A stretch of 64,000 bases of DNA from the human T2T-CHM13v2.0 reference genome, Homo sapiens, in the NCBI RefSeq assembly GCF_009914755.1, contig NC_060936.1, one strand, 5' to 3'. How positions within the stretch are numbered: the stretch's first letter is position 1; each line of letters opens with the position of its first letter. The translations under genes were made by a program, and so were the position numbers. Below the pieces are notes generated by a model. The model did not search any database. It saw only the letters and a list, made by a program, of their open reading frames with translations, and was not told the origin of the DNA. Below are positions 1 through 14,795 of the stretch, piece by piece.

Positions 1-1136
1 TAATTGTGTGACTTTTTCCATGTTAGAAGTACCTCACTGGTTGCTAGGCCATAGGCTGACCTTAAATTTGTATGAAAAATTAAGTGGAAGGCCAACAGTT
101 GAGTTGTGGTTTCTCTCAGTTTCATATGATTGCCCTGGAGTCTGGCAAGGAAAGAAAAAAAACAGCTGCCTGATGGGAATTGTCACTTTCTAATCCTTCA
201 ATGAAACAGTACTAGAGAGGATTTAGTTGGAGCCAGCTTCCAGCCAATCCTTCTTTCTGAAAATGTGATGATGTGAGGATAGACAAGCCAAAAGGAAGAT
301 ATAATCCAAAAAATGTCTTCCTCACTTTATTACTGAAAGTTAACTTCTTTAAAAAATTTTTTAAAAAGTCCACTTGCCTTTTTGCTTCAAAGCAGTAAAA
401 TGATGTGTCAAAGCTATGTAGTTAAATTAACAGTCTTGGGCTGTAAGAACAAAGATCCTAACATGTCGTGTGTTCAGTTGTTAGAGTAACCCCAATTTAT
501 CGTAATCAAACAAGAGATATCTGAGAAAGAGAACCCATTCACAACTTTGCAGTTTAAAACCTTCTTTTCAATGTAACTGAACAGGATTTGTGAATTAGGG
601 GGTGTTTGTACACGTGTGCTGAAATAAGCTCTTTGCAGTGAATGTCACAAAGGAAGTGAATTATAGGCTTTGTAATAAGACACCTTTTTCTTTAAGTAAT
701 AAGAGTATGGTGTTGCTTTCTACCAATGAAAATGTCATCCTCTGTGTATGGAACTTTTGCTGGTTGTTTAATTATTTGATATACCTTTGCTTCCATACAT
801 TCAGTATTTGCTCAATCACTTTCAAAGTACTATACTTTGTAAATAGATCCAAATGTTCTGAATGTGGATTTCTAAAAGTGTTGGTTAAGTTCCAAGAAAT
901 GGAAAATACAAATAACTGGCTCAAAAAATTGTTGTTCGTATTTCTCCTTTACATTCTGTGGGTTAAGCAAACTAAAAGCAAAGGAGTAGAAATATAAAAT
1001 ACTTTGATGAGATTTTAAAATCCTCCTAGACACACGAAGTGAATCAGCAACATAGGAATCTCTTCCCTGTGAAGGAATTGTTGTGTTTTTTTGTTTGTTT
1101 TTGTTTTTTATTTTTATCCCCATGTACTCATGGCTT

Positions 1137-1710
1137 TCATTCATTCACTCTTTCCTATAACAAATATTTATTGGGCACCAACCATGATAAATCTTCATTC
1201 CAGGCTCTGAGGATGTAGCAAAAAGAGAAGGTAGGCCTGGTCTCATTCTCATACACATAGAGCCTCGCGATGGGAATAGCATGATAACCAAGCAAATTAA
1301 CAAGAATAAGACAAATAGCAAATGTTAAGGCCTCCTTGTGGAGATGACTTGAATAGCTGAGATCTGAATGATAAGATGGCATAAATTATATGAATATCTG
1401 TACAGAAATTCAAGGCAAAGGATGCAAGGGCCCTGAAGGAATAAGCTGGGTGTGTTGGAAGAACTGAAATAAAGGTATGCATTGCTGGAGTGCCAGTGTG
1501 AGCGAAGTGGGTAAAAGAGGGGTGAGAGGAGATCAGAGGAATGTGAGGCCAGATCACAGACTACTGCACAGGCTAGGGCAATAAGTTAGAATTTCCTCTG
1601 GCTGTGATGGAAAGCCATTAAAAGATACTAAGAAGGGGAGTATTATGAATTATGTTTTTAAAAACATCCTTCTGTCCATTATATATAGAATAGATTATAG
1701 ACAAGCAGTA
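1137..1710 (-). mobile_element. L2 LINE 3' fragment (ancient)
   Basis: Starts with ttcattcattcactc...caaatatttattgggcac (reverse L2 3' tail), followed by a typical L2-like purine-rich body. Boundaries approximate. Confidence 0.6.
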
Positions 1711-1722
1711 GTTGAAATAAGT

Positions 1723-2503
1723 TTCTTTATTTTAACTTTTATTTCAGATTCAGGAGTACATGTGCAAGTTTGTTAATACAGGTAAACTTGTCTCATTGGG
1801 GTTTGGTGTACAGACCATTTTATCACCCAGCTACTAAGCATAGTACTCAATAGTTACTTTTCCTGATCCTTTCTGTCTTCTCACCATCCTCCCTCAAGTA
1901 GACCTTAATGTCTGTTATTCTCCTCTCTGTGTCCATTGGTTCTGATTATTTAACTCCAACTTATAAGTGAGAATATGTGGTATTTGATTTTCTGTTCCTG
2001 CGTTAGTTTGCTAAGGATAATGGCCTTTAGCTCCACCCATGTTCTTGCAAAGAACACGATCTCATTCTTTTATATAGCTATATAGTATTTCATGGTGTAT
2101 ATGTACCACATTTTCTTTATCCAGTCTTTTGTTGATGGACATGTAGGTTGATTCCTTGTCTTTGCTATTGTGAAGAGTGCGGCAATGAACATACGTGTGC
2201 ATGTGTCTTTATCGTAGAATGAATAATTTATATATCCAAATAGGAAGAAAGGAAATAAAGGTACCCCTATTTGCAGACAAAATTATTCTCTATCTAGAAA
2301 ACCCCACAGTCTCTGCCCAAAAGCTCCTTGAGCTGATAAACAACTTCAGCAAAGTCTCAGCATACAAAATCAATATATTTCACAAAAAATCAGTAGCATT
2401 CCTATACACTGGCAACATCCAAGCCAAGAGCCACATTAAAAACACAATCCCATTCACAATTACCACAAAAAGAATAAAATACCTAGGAATACAGCTGACT
2501 GGG
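1723..2503 (-). mobile_element. L1PA13-16-like element: 3' end on minus (1723-~2233) joined to an inverted plus-strand ORF2 RT fragment (~2234-2503)
   Basis: T-rich tail then L1 3'UTR in reverse. ORF 2195..2557 carries L1 RT residues [13 protein letters not shown]...[13 protein letters not shown]...IKYLGIQLT. Confidence 0.85.
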
Positions 2504-2819
2504 GAAATGAGGGAGGTTTGTAGTCACTTTGTTATTGCTGTGGGCTGGATTATGTGACACAACATTGAATGGGAGAGGGGTTTGTGTATAATACAATTCT
2601 GATAAATTCCTTATGTTTTTTATGTTTATCTTTCACATGTGCTATAAACATTGCCTTGCCTATGATTCCAGAAATGTTCATTTTCCATCTACTTTCCAGT
2701 CCCCCAAATCCATATACCCTACCTCCTTCATGAAATCTTCCTTGATTAATTTTAATTTCCATAAATTTATCTTCAACAATAAATTATAATTTATAATATA
2801 TTATCTATAATAATAATTT

Positions 2820-3073
<254 letters not shown>

Positions 3074-5029
3074 TTATCACTTACAAATAATAAAGACTCA
3101 AGAAAAGGCAATAAATTGTTCAGCTGTTTAGTGGCAGAACCAGGATTTGAAGCATGAGTTTTCTCACAAATAAAGCTCTTGTTTTTTTCACCCTGGCTAC
3201 CTATCCTTTTAGTTGAGAATGTATTCCTTTTTGTCAATTATCGGGACCTTAACAGACATAAAGCGTCACAAAGAAGAACGTTCCTGTATATGATTATGGG
3301 TGTAAAAAGGAGTATCAATAGGTAAAAGTTATTGCTTTTAACCAGTTCCAATATCTTCATTCTTAGAAAATGAACAATAGAATGTAGCTAGGAAATGTCT
3401 GAACCTTGTCTCAAGGGACTAGGAAAGAAGGAAATATAGAATGATGATTGATAACATGTAGTTGTATTCCTGTTCATATGTACATTGGATACTACATGCT
3501 TAATAACATGTAGCTATGTTAGCACCTTTTAAAACATTAAAAATCTACAGATTGTGGCTTTACATCTAGTTTCAGAATATAGCATGGTGTCATAAAGCTG
3601 CCTTGGTCATTGTTATCTACTTAGTTTAGAGTAAATGACAGCCACAGAGTTATACAATTCAGCAAAGCAGAATGGATCAGACGACAAACTGACCCTATTT
3701 TCAAATTTCTCCCTTTTATCACCACACTTCTCCATGGCAACATAAGATAAAATGAGCATAAGAAAAAAATATAACACATAAGTTATCTATGAAGACTGAT
3801 TTTGACACATTTCCTAAGTAAGAATTCTTGAAAAACTACTGTGGGTTTCCCTTGTTACAGTATAGCAGGAACCTTAGGCCAAGGGAGATTATGGTACCTT
3901 ATTTTCTTGTTGACTGAATTCTGATTGTAATCTTAGCCCATTGAAGTAAATAAAGAATGCTTCTGAATCAATAAGTTGACATTGATTTTCTTAGGAAAGC
4001 CTAGAAGGAAGTTTATCAGTCAGTCCATTTATAAAATTAAATTGACTATGAAGGGGTTAACCTTGATTTTGTATTAGCACGTAATGATGATGGAAGAATT
4101 AATTTAAATAATGCTTGATTTCAAAATAGATCTCGTATTTTAACAGACAATTTGAAGATATAGCCACTTCGTATAGCTAAAAGTAAAATTAAAATACTAC
4201 TTTGCCTACATAACAAAAGCAGGTCTATGCTATTGTTAACTTCTAAAAGGATAAAAAAGAATGGAAGAAAAATTATACCCTATTTCAAATTGCAGAATGT
4301 GATCAACATTTTCTTAACATTCCTCTTTTATTAACTTCCCACTTTTACTACCAGAAAGTTATTTAACTTAGATTCAGTTGAATAACTCAGAGTCAGTTTT
4401 CAGAGACGCTTACCTGATATATGGAAAACTTTATGAATATTATGAAACATGTTATGCAAAATTCAAAAGCTGTGTTTTTTCACAAGTATAAAGCTGAATT
4501 CAATACTTGGAAAAATGAGTTGGTCATTCAATTAAAATCAACAGGTCTTTGTTATATATGATTACCCATGATCTGTCCTGACTGATTCAGTTAAATTTAA
4601 TATAATAATTTAATGTTGCAGTGTAGGCATTTTGCATCACATAACTGTTTATGTTTGTTGAATATACATTTTGTTTTACAATTGTTCAGCTACTCTGAGA
4701 TTTTAGAAGAGAAATGAAATAAATGCTGTATCCTTTAAAACAATAATTATAAAGAAATGAATTTCAAAAGAAAAACTTGCCTTCATTTCCACATGAACAA
4801 AGGCACATTCAGTTAGTCACCTGATTGTTTGGCTACATAACATCAAATATCAAGATGTTAAGGAACATTGACATTTTAGGCAATAGCAATGTAATGAACT
4901 TTTTATTTTACTTTTTACTTAGATTTTGGGCATCATTTAGAAATAGTTTTGGATTAAAATTTACTTAAGTTTTTAAAACAACATTATTTAGAGTGGAAAG
5001 CACAACTCTGTCTTCTTATTTGAGGACAG

Positions 5030-5245
5030 AAATGATTCTCAATGGGGGTTGATTTTGTCCCCCAGGATATATTTTTTAATATCTGGACACATTTTTGTTT
5101 GACACAACTGGGGGAGGGGCACTAGCAGGATCTAGTTGGTAGAGGCCAGGGATGCTGCTAAATATCCTTCACTGCACAGGACAATACTCTACAGAAATAA
5201 TTATTCTGTCCCAAACATCAATAGTGCCGAGTTTGGAAAACCCTG
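5030..5245 (-). mobile_element. MER20 (hAT-Charlie DNA transposon)
   Basis: ttctcaatgggggttgattttgtccccc...gtagaggccagggatgctgctaaatatcct...aatagtgccgagtttggaaaaccctg matches recalled MER20 consensus. Confidence 0.8.
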
Positions 5246-6889
5246 AAGTAGAGAGGTATTAAAGAACCATAATGGTACAAAGTGCATTAAAAATGATATA
5301 CTAAGAATGTAAGCATTATGAAGTCAGGGACAGATTCTACTTGGCTAATCTGTGTGTATTGCACATGACAGAAACTCAGTAAATATTCACTGAATGAATG
5401 CAAACAGGCAAAATACAGTTGTTCACTGCAGACTTGCTCAGTATTTGCAAGTAAAAGAAGACGGGTAGATACTCTTTTCAATACAAAAACAAGTTAATAA
5501 CCATTGCTGTAGGGCAACATATCCTATTTTATGTATGAGAAGCATTTTTAGGATTATGTTTATGCCATACTTCAGAATGCATGTAAATGAAGGATACAAA
5601 TATGTTTCAACTCCTTTTTGTATATGGGACATATTAAGATGGATTTGGTAATACTTACATGTAGCCATTTTATTATACTATAAAATTACTTCTCATTCTT
5701 ATAGAACAATAAAACTTGTGAAAAGGGCCTTTTTACAATTTTTAGCCACAAATGATAGAATTTTTATATGCCCCAGGCAGTAATATTGCTTATAAATTTA
5801 TACCATACGCCACTTTAACTTAAACTTTTTTTTTTTTTTATTAAGGGGACTGATCGGAGTCAAACCATATGCTGTGGCTTTTGCTCCATGGAAATCTCAA
5901 CTATACTGCAAGAATAATTATTCCTACTTAATGAAGTTACAGAAGAGAATGTGGTGCTGGACGGTAAGATGTATATAACCTAATGAATACCCTCTGTAAA
6001 CTCTCTAAAGACTTGTGCTAGGAGTTTTTCAGTTTTGTGGGGGTTTTTTCTTATTAAGAGACTAAATAGCTGTTGAAATCTCTAAAAGAATAAATGGATG
6101 CTAAAAATTCAAAAACTTTCCTACTCAGGGGATTCCATCATAAGTGTATAATAAAGAGTTTTGGTCCTTTGGGAAATCAGTGCCTTTATTACGGGAGGGG
6201 GGAATTTAAAATTATATATGGCTCAAAAAAACACATCATGTATAGTTTTTCTCTATTTGGAAACTAAAGCATACATTAAAGCCTCATCATTTTCTTTTGA
6301 TTAGACCATTGCCTTAGCCTGCTAAGTGTCTTTCTGCTCACATTCTTTTTTAAATTTAGCCATTCTTCAGAGCTTTCTCTGTTTTTTGTTTTGCTTTGTT
6401 TTGTTTTGTTTTGTTTTTAAAAGCACAGATCTGGAAATGTCTGTCCTCAGCCTCAAAAATACTCAACCTCCATAGCAGGGTAGGTAAATTATTTTGAAAT
6501 CTACTCTCTACCATTCTGACCAACTATATCCTCACTACTAATGGACTATCCACATACGTCTTTCCCCTTCTCTAAAAATGCCATCATCTTTTATGCGTTT
6601 GCATCTTTACTTTTTCATATCTAGCTGAGTCAAGGTATCTTTCTAATTCTAAATCTTTAAAAGTTTTCCATAATCTTTCTTTGACTTCACTTCCCTATGT
6701 TTCTAAAAGAATTTCTCTGTACCTGTATTGAAGGGTTTACCACATTGTACTTGAAGTTATGAGTTTGATTATTATTTTCTCATTGACTGTCACATCTGTG
6801 AAAGAAGGGACATATTATTAAGCATTATATTCCCACTGCCAATGCCTGGCACATAGTCGGTGTTTTAAAAATTAAAAGGTGAACTAGTG

Positions 6890-7630
6890 TACACTTCATG
6901 ATGGCTAAAATTCAAAAGACTAATTAAATTAAGTAAGTTGAGTCAAGGCTGTGGAAGATCTCAAACTCCCATACACTGCTGGAAATAGTGGGAAAATAGT
7001 AAAACCACTTTGGAAAATACTTGGGGCAATTTTTTAAATAGCTACACGTACAGATATATGATCTGCCTATTACACTACTAGGTAGCTACCCACATGAAAG
7101 TAAGCATATGTGCATATAAAAACTTGTACATTAATGTTCTTAGATGCTCTATTTTAATAACCAAAAACTGAAAACAACTCAAATTTCCATCGACAGGTGC
7201 ATGGAGAAACAAACTGTGGTATACCCATACAACGTAATACTATTTACGGCAATACAAAAGAATGAACTTTTGAGAAATGCAATGAAATGAATGAATTTCA
7301 AAATAATTATGCTGAGTAAAAGAGGTCAGAAAACACAAGTATAGGGTATATAGACCAATTTTATAAAACATCAAAACAATGAAAACTCTTCTATGGTGAC
7401 AGAAAGCAGAATAGTGGTTGCTGGGGTTTGCGTGAGGCAAATACTGGAAGGCTGAGGATGGAAGGATTAAAAAGAGGCATGAGAAAACTACTGAGGGTGA
7501 TGGATATATTCACAATCTTGGTTGTGGTTAGGCTTTTATGGGTGTAAATATATATCAAAACCTATCAAATTGTGTAAATATGTGCATTTTTCTATGTCAT
7601 TTACACTTCAATAAAGCTTTTGTTAAAAAA
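6890..7630 (+). mobile_element. Old L1M (L1MC/MD/ME-type) 3' end
   Basis: atggctaaaattcaaaagac...aaccactttggaaaa...tgagggtgatggatatattcac...cttcaataaagct followed by an A-rich end. Confidence 0.75.
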
Positions 7631-8475
7631 GTTAGAAAGTGAAATGATAAAACTATATTTTGCAAGTAATTTTACAAAATAGATGCTACTGGTTTTCTTA
7701 GGGTACAACTGGGTAGGTATATATATTTATCAACATAATTTGGTAATGCATACCTTTTTCAAGAACTGACAGCATTGTTGATTTGGGATACTATAAAGTC
7801 AGACACTATTCTTTACCATTTAAAATATTTATATTCTTCTCTGTTAATCAAATATGTGATTATTTATTATCTGTATTTACTGTGGTAGAATGGGAAGAAA
7901 AAGTGAACTGACCTTATACCAAGGTCAGTATGTGGCCCCTGAGCGGGTAGTTTAAGCTTGCTAGGCATCGGTGCTTCATTTTGTAAAGTAAGGCAGTTAA
8001 TATACAGTGAATACGGTTCAACAAGTAAAGTTTGTAAAAATTGAGACAGAATTTTGACAAAAATACTTAGGAAAGGTGTTAGAGTTGGTAGATAGTATTC
8101 ATGGCCTCTGGAGCAGTTTAAAATCTAGAAGGTATATGAGGCCATGCCTAAGTAATTTTAAAGAAGATATGGGTTCAAACTGGATATGTCGTAAGCCAGG
8201 AAGGAGGCAAATGCTCTGAGAAGACAGTGAGATCCCTTCTGAATGGAGTCTGCAGAAAGCTTGTGAATAACACTTCACTGGAGTCAGCTCTAAAAGAATG
8301 AGTAAAATCCCAAGAAAATGGAATTGTGATATTGTGACAACACAAAGTCTTAAATATTATTTAACCAAACAGAGATGGAAAGAAAGATAATCTAAACAGA
8401 GATAACTTGGCAGCAGTGTACACAGTAGACTTGACAAGAGGGAATTACTAATGTTGGCTGGAGCAGGCTATTCTT

Positions 8476-9509
<1,034 letters not shown>

Positions 9510-10089
9510 TGGAGCAGGCTATTCTTAAAAGCAAGTAGGAATGTGAAGTGAGCTTGGAAAAGGTTTGGTGCAAATCGCTGAGGACCTTGAATGCACGGTT
9601 AAGAAATCCAGAAGTTTGGACTCATGCTTCAGAAAGTGTGTTCATGAGAACTTTCATTTAAGCGAAACTACCGTGTAAACATGAAAAATTCTTTTTGGAA
9701 ATTAAATTTACTTTACCCTGTCTGGAGAGCATTGATGCTCAAAACCAAGACAGTGCACACAATTGAAGCATCTGGTTTACAGGGAAAGTGAGTAAGCTCA
9801 ATTTTAAACATTGAGTTTGAGGTATTAGTGGAACAATTAGATAGCAAGGGCCCATGGGCAATTGATGTTAAAATTTTAGACTTAGCCTAGAGAAGTTATT
9901 ATGAGTGCAGCTTATTCATAAGCTTTTCAATAAGTAACTTTTACTTATTGAGGATTCACAATACGCAAGGCATTTCTTTTTAAAATGTTACAATTTTATA
10001 TACCTATTAGTTCGTGTCACCATCTATTAATGAGTCACTTTTCAGTCCCTTTCCTGATTTTACCTTATATCTCTGACTAGTAAATGTAA

Positions 10090-11017
10090 GAATGCTTCAA
10101 AGTGCAGTGATTGACCCTCTTTTCTTTTTCTCTTTCTCTAACTATGCTCATTCCCTAAGTAATTTCACATCCAGTCCTATGACTTGAAGCACAATTGTTA
10201 TGTTGTTAAAGACACCTACATAAATGTACTTGGCTAGACTCTCCTGGGACTTAGCATATCTAATAGATATCTTAAACTTAAGATGTTCAAAGACAAAGTT
10301 TTTATTTCAGTTTCTCCACCCACAAGCCTTTTGGCAGTCTTTCCGCATCTTAGAAAATGGTAACTCCATTTTTCCAGTTATTGAGGTGGCAAAAAAAAAA
10401 AAAAGGGTTGCTCTATACTTATTTTCCTCACTCATGCTTTACATTCAATCGATAAGGAAATCCAGTAACTCTACCTTCAAGATATATCCAGAATTCATTT
10501 ATCATATTCACTACTATATCCTGATATAAACCAGCATCCTGTCCCATCTAGATTAATACAATTTTTTTCCCTAAATGGTCTCTCTGTTTCACTTTTGCCC
10601 GCTTTCAATTTATGATCCACACAACAGGCAGAGTTATTTATTTAAAACATATGATAGATTATAGCACTCCTCTGCTAACAACCCTCAGAATAAAAAAGTC
10701 GAAGTCCTTAGCAAAAAGCCTGGTTACTCCTCTGGTATCCTCTAACTTCTGTACCCCTTTTAATTACCAGGATGTACTTCTTGCTATTCCTGGAACTCTG
10801 AGAAGGCTTCACCATTATGGTCCTATTACTTGGTCTTTCTTCTGCCTGGAATGTTCTTCCGTCTTACATTTCCAAGGTTCACCCTTTTTCTAGCTCCAGG
10901 TCTCTGCTTAAAGGCACCTAATCAAAAAGGCTTTGCTTAACTATCTTATTCAAATAACAAGCCTCTTCACAGCATTACTGGATCATAGTGGGTGCTCCAA
11001 AATATTTGAATGAATAG
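10090..11017 (+). mobile_element. L2 LINE 3' fragment
   Basis: L2-like body (ctctaccttcaagatatatccagaat..., tctgcctggaatgttcttcc) ending in gtgctccaaaatatttgaatgaat. Confidence 0.7.
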
Positions 11018-11227
11018 TCAATATTTCAAGGAATAGTCTCCATCTTGGAAATGAGTACCTTGTGGCTTAAATTGTAGGAGCTAAAGCGTTAGGAACTAAA
11101 GAAGATTTTCAAGTTAATATTGGGATTTATATCCCCATAAGATAACTAAGGTTTTGAAGTAAAAAAGAATTGGATTAAAGTTTCTGCTCTAGAATTTAAA
11201 AATATAAAAACAGAACATTTATTTAAG

Positions 11228-11470
11228 GCACAAGTGGGAGATAAGTGATGAGAACACATTGACACATAGAAGGCAACAACACACGCTGAGGCCTTTCAGA
11301 GGTTGGAAGGTGGGAGGAAGGAGAGGATCAGGAAAAATAACTAATGGATACTAGGCTTCATACCTGGGTGATGAAATAATCTATACAACAAACCCTCAAC
11401 ACAAGTTTACCTGTGTAACAAACCTCCACTTGTACCCCTGCACTCAAAAGAAAAAAATTTAAAAAAGAAA
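11228..11470 (+). mobile_element. L1PA13-like 3'UTR fragment
   Basis: aagtgggagataagtgatgagaacaca...ggatcaggaaaaataactaatgg...aagtttacctgtgtaacaaacc followed by an A tail. Confidence 0.85.
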
Positions 11471-14294
11471 ATCTTATTTAAAAAGAAATATTTGAAACTG
11501 TGGTAGGAGATGGGATTATATTGTGGCTAGATCTTATAGATGGATTAAGATAGACATTATAGTTAAGGTCATAGATTCCTTTGAAAATCTAATATAACTC
11601 CCCCCAAACACATGTGATCATGTACCACAGTCTTGCACCGTATTACATGTAATTTACAGACTCTACATTATGCTCTAGATGAAAAGGACAAAAAATGCAG
11701 ACAGAGGTGAACTTGAAGATTTTTTGTGCAGACTCATCTTTTGGGCAGTTTGCATGTAAATGTAAAGGGAAGGCCAGTGAGTCTTCCAGATCTACAGGCG
11801 TGGATGCCACCGTTTGTGCATAAATAATTCAAATATTGTGGTCTCATCGAGTTGAGATAGAAGGAATAGACGAGATCATCTAACATCTTCATTTTTCACA
11901 TGACAAAGTGGTGTCCCAGAGGCTTGCCCATGTTTCCTCAACTGGCTAGTGGCAGAGCAGGGACTAGATTCCAGGTGTCATAACTCAAGGTCCATGCTCC
12001 TTTGACATACCCTGATGCCTCCTTGGAAAAAGTAGTTGTCCTTCTGTGCTTCTGAGCTGTGTTCAGACGCTTCAGCGTAAAAGATATTGGTGTTTTTCTC
12101 CATTGAAACATAGTTGAATAAAGATGATGAACCGTGCTTTGCACTGGAATTATTCTTTTTTATTGCCCAAACATGCCAAAAAGTCATTTAGTAACTAATT
12201 TGTGGATTTGAGAAATTTACTGGTTAGTTATAACTGATGAAAAAAAATTTTTGTGGTTAAGTGAGTGCTTAAAATCTAGACAAGGCTTAAAGTACTAGTG
12301 CAAGAATTTCATTCCATTATGCAAGTAATTTTAACCTACAATTTGGTTTTCATTGTGGAGACAGCTGAAATAGTGCAAGATTGTGACATTGTGGTCAATT
12401 GCAAAATTACAAGGAATGTTATGCATTCCAGATCTTCATAGACACAGTACAAAATGCTGGTGTATTTTCATTCACTTGGAGAAGCTTAAATAATATTTTA
12501 AATCTCCAAATCCGATAGTAATACTAAGGGGAGTTTAAATTGAATGTCTAGCCCCTTTATTTCTCTATTTGTCTATCAATTTATCTATTCATCCATTGAC
12601 TTAAAAAAATAGCATTGCTAATAAAGTGGAAATCCTCATGCATTATGTATGGACTCTGCCTGAGTGACTGACAGGACTACCCAGAGTGTCAATGTATTCT
12701 CCGCTCCAGCTTATCAGTTAACTAGTGAAATTTAACACGGATGGTGTCGGCTTTTTATTTAGAGTGTTACTGTATAAACAGAAGAGGCCACTGGGAGAAT
12801 CTTGTTTTGGAGTTTTCACCTCATTTAAATTCTTAATTGTTCCCCTCAGTTTAGAAAAGGCTATTGCAGTGTGGTCCTGCTTCCAATTAATGAGCTTCAG
12901 AAAAGGATTAGGTTTGCCTCACTCAGTCTTTCCAAAATAGGCTAACCTTGAATCACACAAATTCCAAGAAAAGGTAAATATTCTTTTCTGATTCAAATTA
13001 ACTTAGACAGGGAAGACAACCTTAGGTTGTTTATTTTATTATAAGCCAAGCTAAGAGTCCCGAAAGTTAAAGTTAATGAAAGAGATAGGCATTTTGTTGA
13101 AAGATAAGAAAAAAAAGAGAAATATTAGTTTAGTACACTTGTTAATTTTTTTCACTTATCTAATATTTTCCATTTCTATTCTTTCAATAAAATAGCAGCA
13201 GTAATAAATAGCTTGTATCATTGTGAAGAAGTTTAAAATATTTGCATGATTTTGTTTTTTGGAACTAAATTCTGAAGAGCTGGTTAAAAAACAAATAAAA
13301 TATTAAATACCTTAAGCATATTGTGGGATTATAAAGGGAATATAGCGTGTCCATGTCTGTAGGTTCACTTTAAGTTTGTGCATTTGCCTGTAATAACTTT
13401 TTGGGGGTCTCATAGAAATCAAGACATCTAGAAGTGTCACAGTCTAGCTTCTTTTTGCATGAAGGTAGTCAGCCATTGCCCCTTCAAATCCATCCCACAC
13501 TCATACCCAGGAATAAAGATTACATGTTGAGGGATCTATGATGGCGTTTTTTAAAAATCTTAATTCATTTTTGGTAGTTTCTTTTATGTGTTCTACCTGA
13601 GTAATTTAGAGTGTTAATTCCTGAATTCTTTGAACTTAAAAATGTGCCAGTCATGCCCACAACCACATATACATGATACCCCCTTCTAAAGGTGAATTGA
13701 ACTCCTAATTTATTTCCATAAAAAATAAATGTAATAAATATACTGGATGCTTATGTATTAAAGGTAAGCTATTTTCAGTAGCAAAGACAGCAATAAGAAA
13801 TTAATCAATTTAGGTCAAATTACTTTTGTAGTTAAAAACATTAGTTTTAAATAAGTTACTCAGCCAAGGGTCAAAGCAATCAGCACAGTTGTAAATGAAA
13901 ATATGTTTGAATTAAAACAATTAGGCTTGATTTTCTTGTCTTACATCTCACAGCAGGTATTTGAGCACAGCCAAAATTTGGATGTGCTGACACCTGTAAT
14001 CAACACAATAGGTATCTTTTAAACTAACAAATCATCTTTCCCAGTGGAAGTATAAACAAAACTCTAATTGGAGGCTTTGCTAACTATTCTTCCCTGCTGT
14101 GAACACTAGTTAGTGTTTTGTGTAAAGCAGTAACATTAGCTACAATTTATAATTGGCAAAGGATAAGAGCTAATTCTCCAGATTCAGTCAGTTAGTAGGT
14201 ATACTTAAATTGAGCATACCTCATTCAATGATTTCTTACTTAACAGTTAGTATCAAGCATCTTGAAACTATGTTTTAATTGCAAGGAGACAAAT

Positions 14295-14795
14295 AATAAC
14301 TAACACATACAATGCTGATGAAGTGCCAAACTACATCCTAAGCACTTTTAAACATATTAGCTTATTTAGACTTCACAAAGTACCTTTGAGATAGACACTA
14401 TTATTCCCAATTGACAGATGAAAAAATTGAGACTACATAATAGTTTGTTCTAAGCATCACAACTACTAAATAGTGGAAGTGAGTTTTGTTTTTTTTTAAA
14501 TAATGAATCATAAATTTTATTTCAAAATGTAAACATCACTAAACATGCATACACATTAAAACAATAAAATTTACAATTTCATTAATTTTTCTTTTTGCAT
14601 AGGACATCATTACAATATAGAATCTATGCCATACAAAATACATACAAAGTTTTATCTGAGCAAGCCAAGGCCAGACTGGGAACTGTACAACTGTAATACG
14701 TCACTGTAGTGATCCAGGAAAGATGAAACATGGCCTTCGGGAAGTGAGTTTTGAAACCAAGCAGTATAAGCCCAGAGTCTGTGCCTTGCCATCTC
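14295..14795 (-). mobile_element. MIR SINE interrupted by a retro-insertion at 14489-14739
   Basis: MIR core ttattcccaattgacagatgaaaaaattgagact before the insert, continuing as tttgaaaccaagcagt...cccagagtctgtgc after it. Confidence 0.7.
14489..14739 (-). pseudogene. 5'-truncated processed retro-insertion (mRNA 3'UTR-like fragment, parent unknown)
   Basis: Poly(T) at 14489-14497, reverse AATAAA (tttatt 14516-14521) about 18 nt from it, and a perfect 14-bp TSD ggaagtgagttttg at 14475-14488 and 14740-14753. The body resembles no repeat family I recognise. Confidence 0.8.

Noticed and set aside
3450-3520. Repeated ataacatgtag / ctacatg as a p53 element or hairpin
   Set aside because: Half-sites do not fit RRRCWWGYYY and are not properly spaced. 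The stem is imperfect.
12941-12973. 33-nt in-frame micro-exon (tag|...AAG|GTAAAT)
   Set aside because: Weak pyrimidine tract and donor. Expected by chance in AT-rich DNA.
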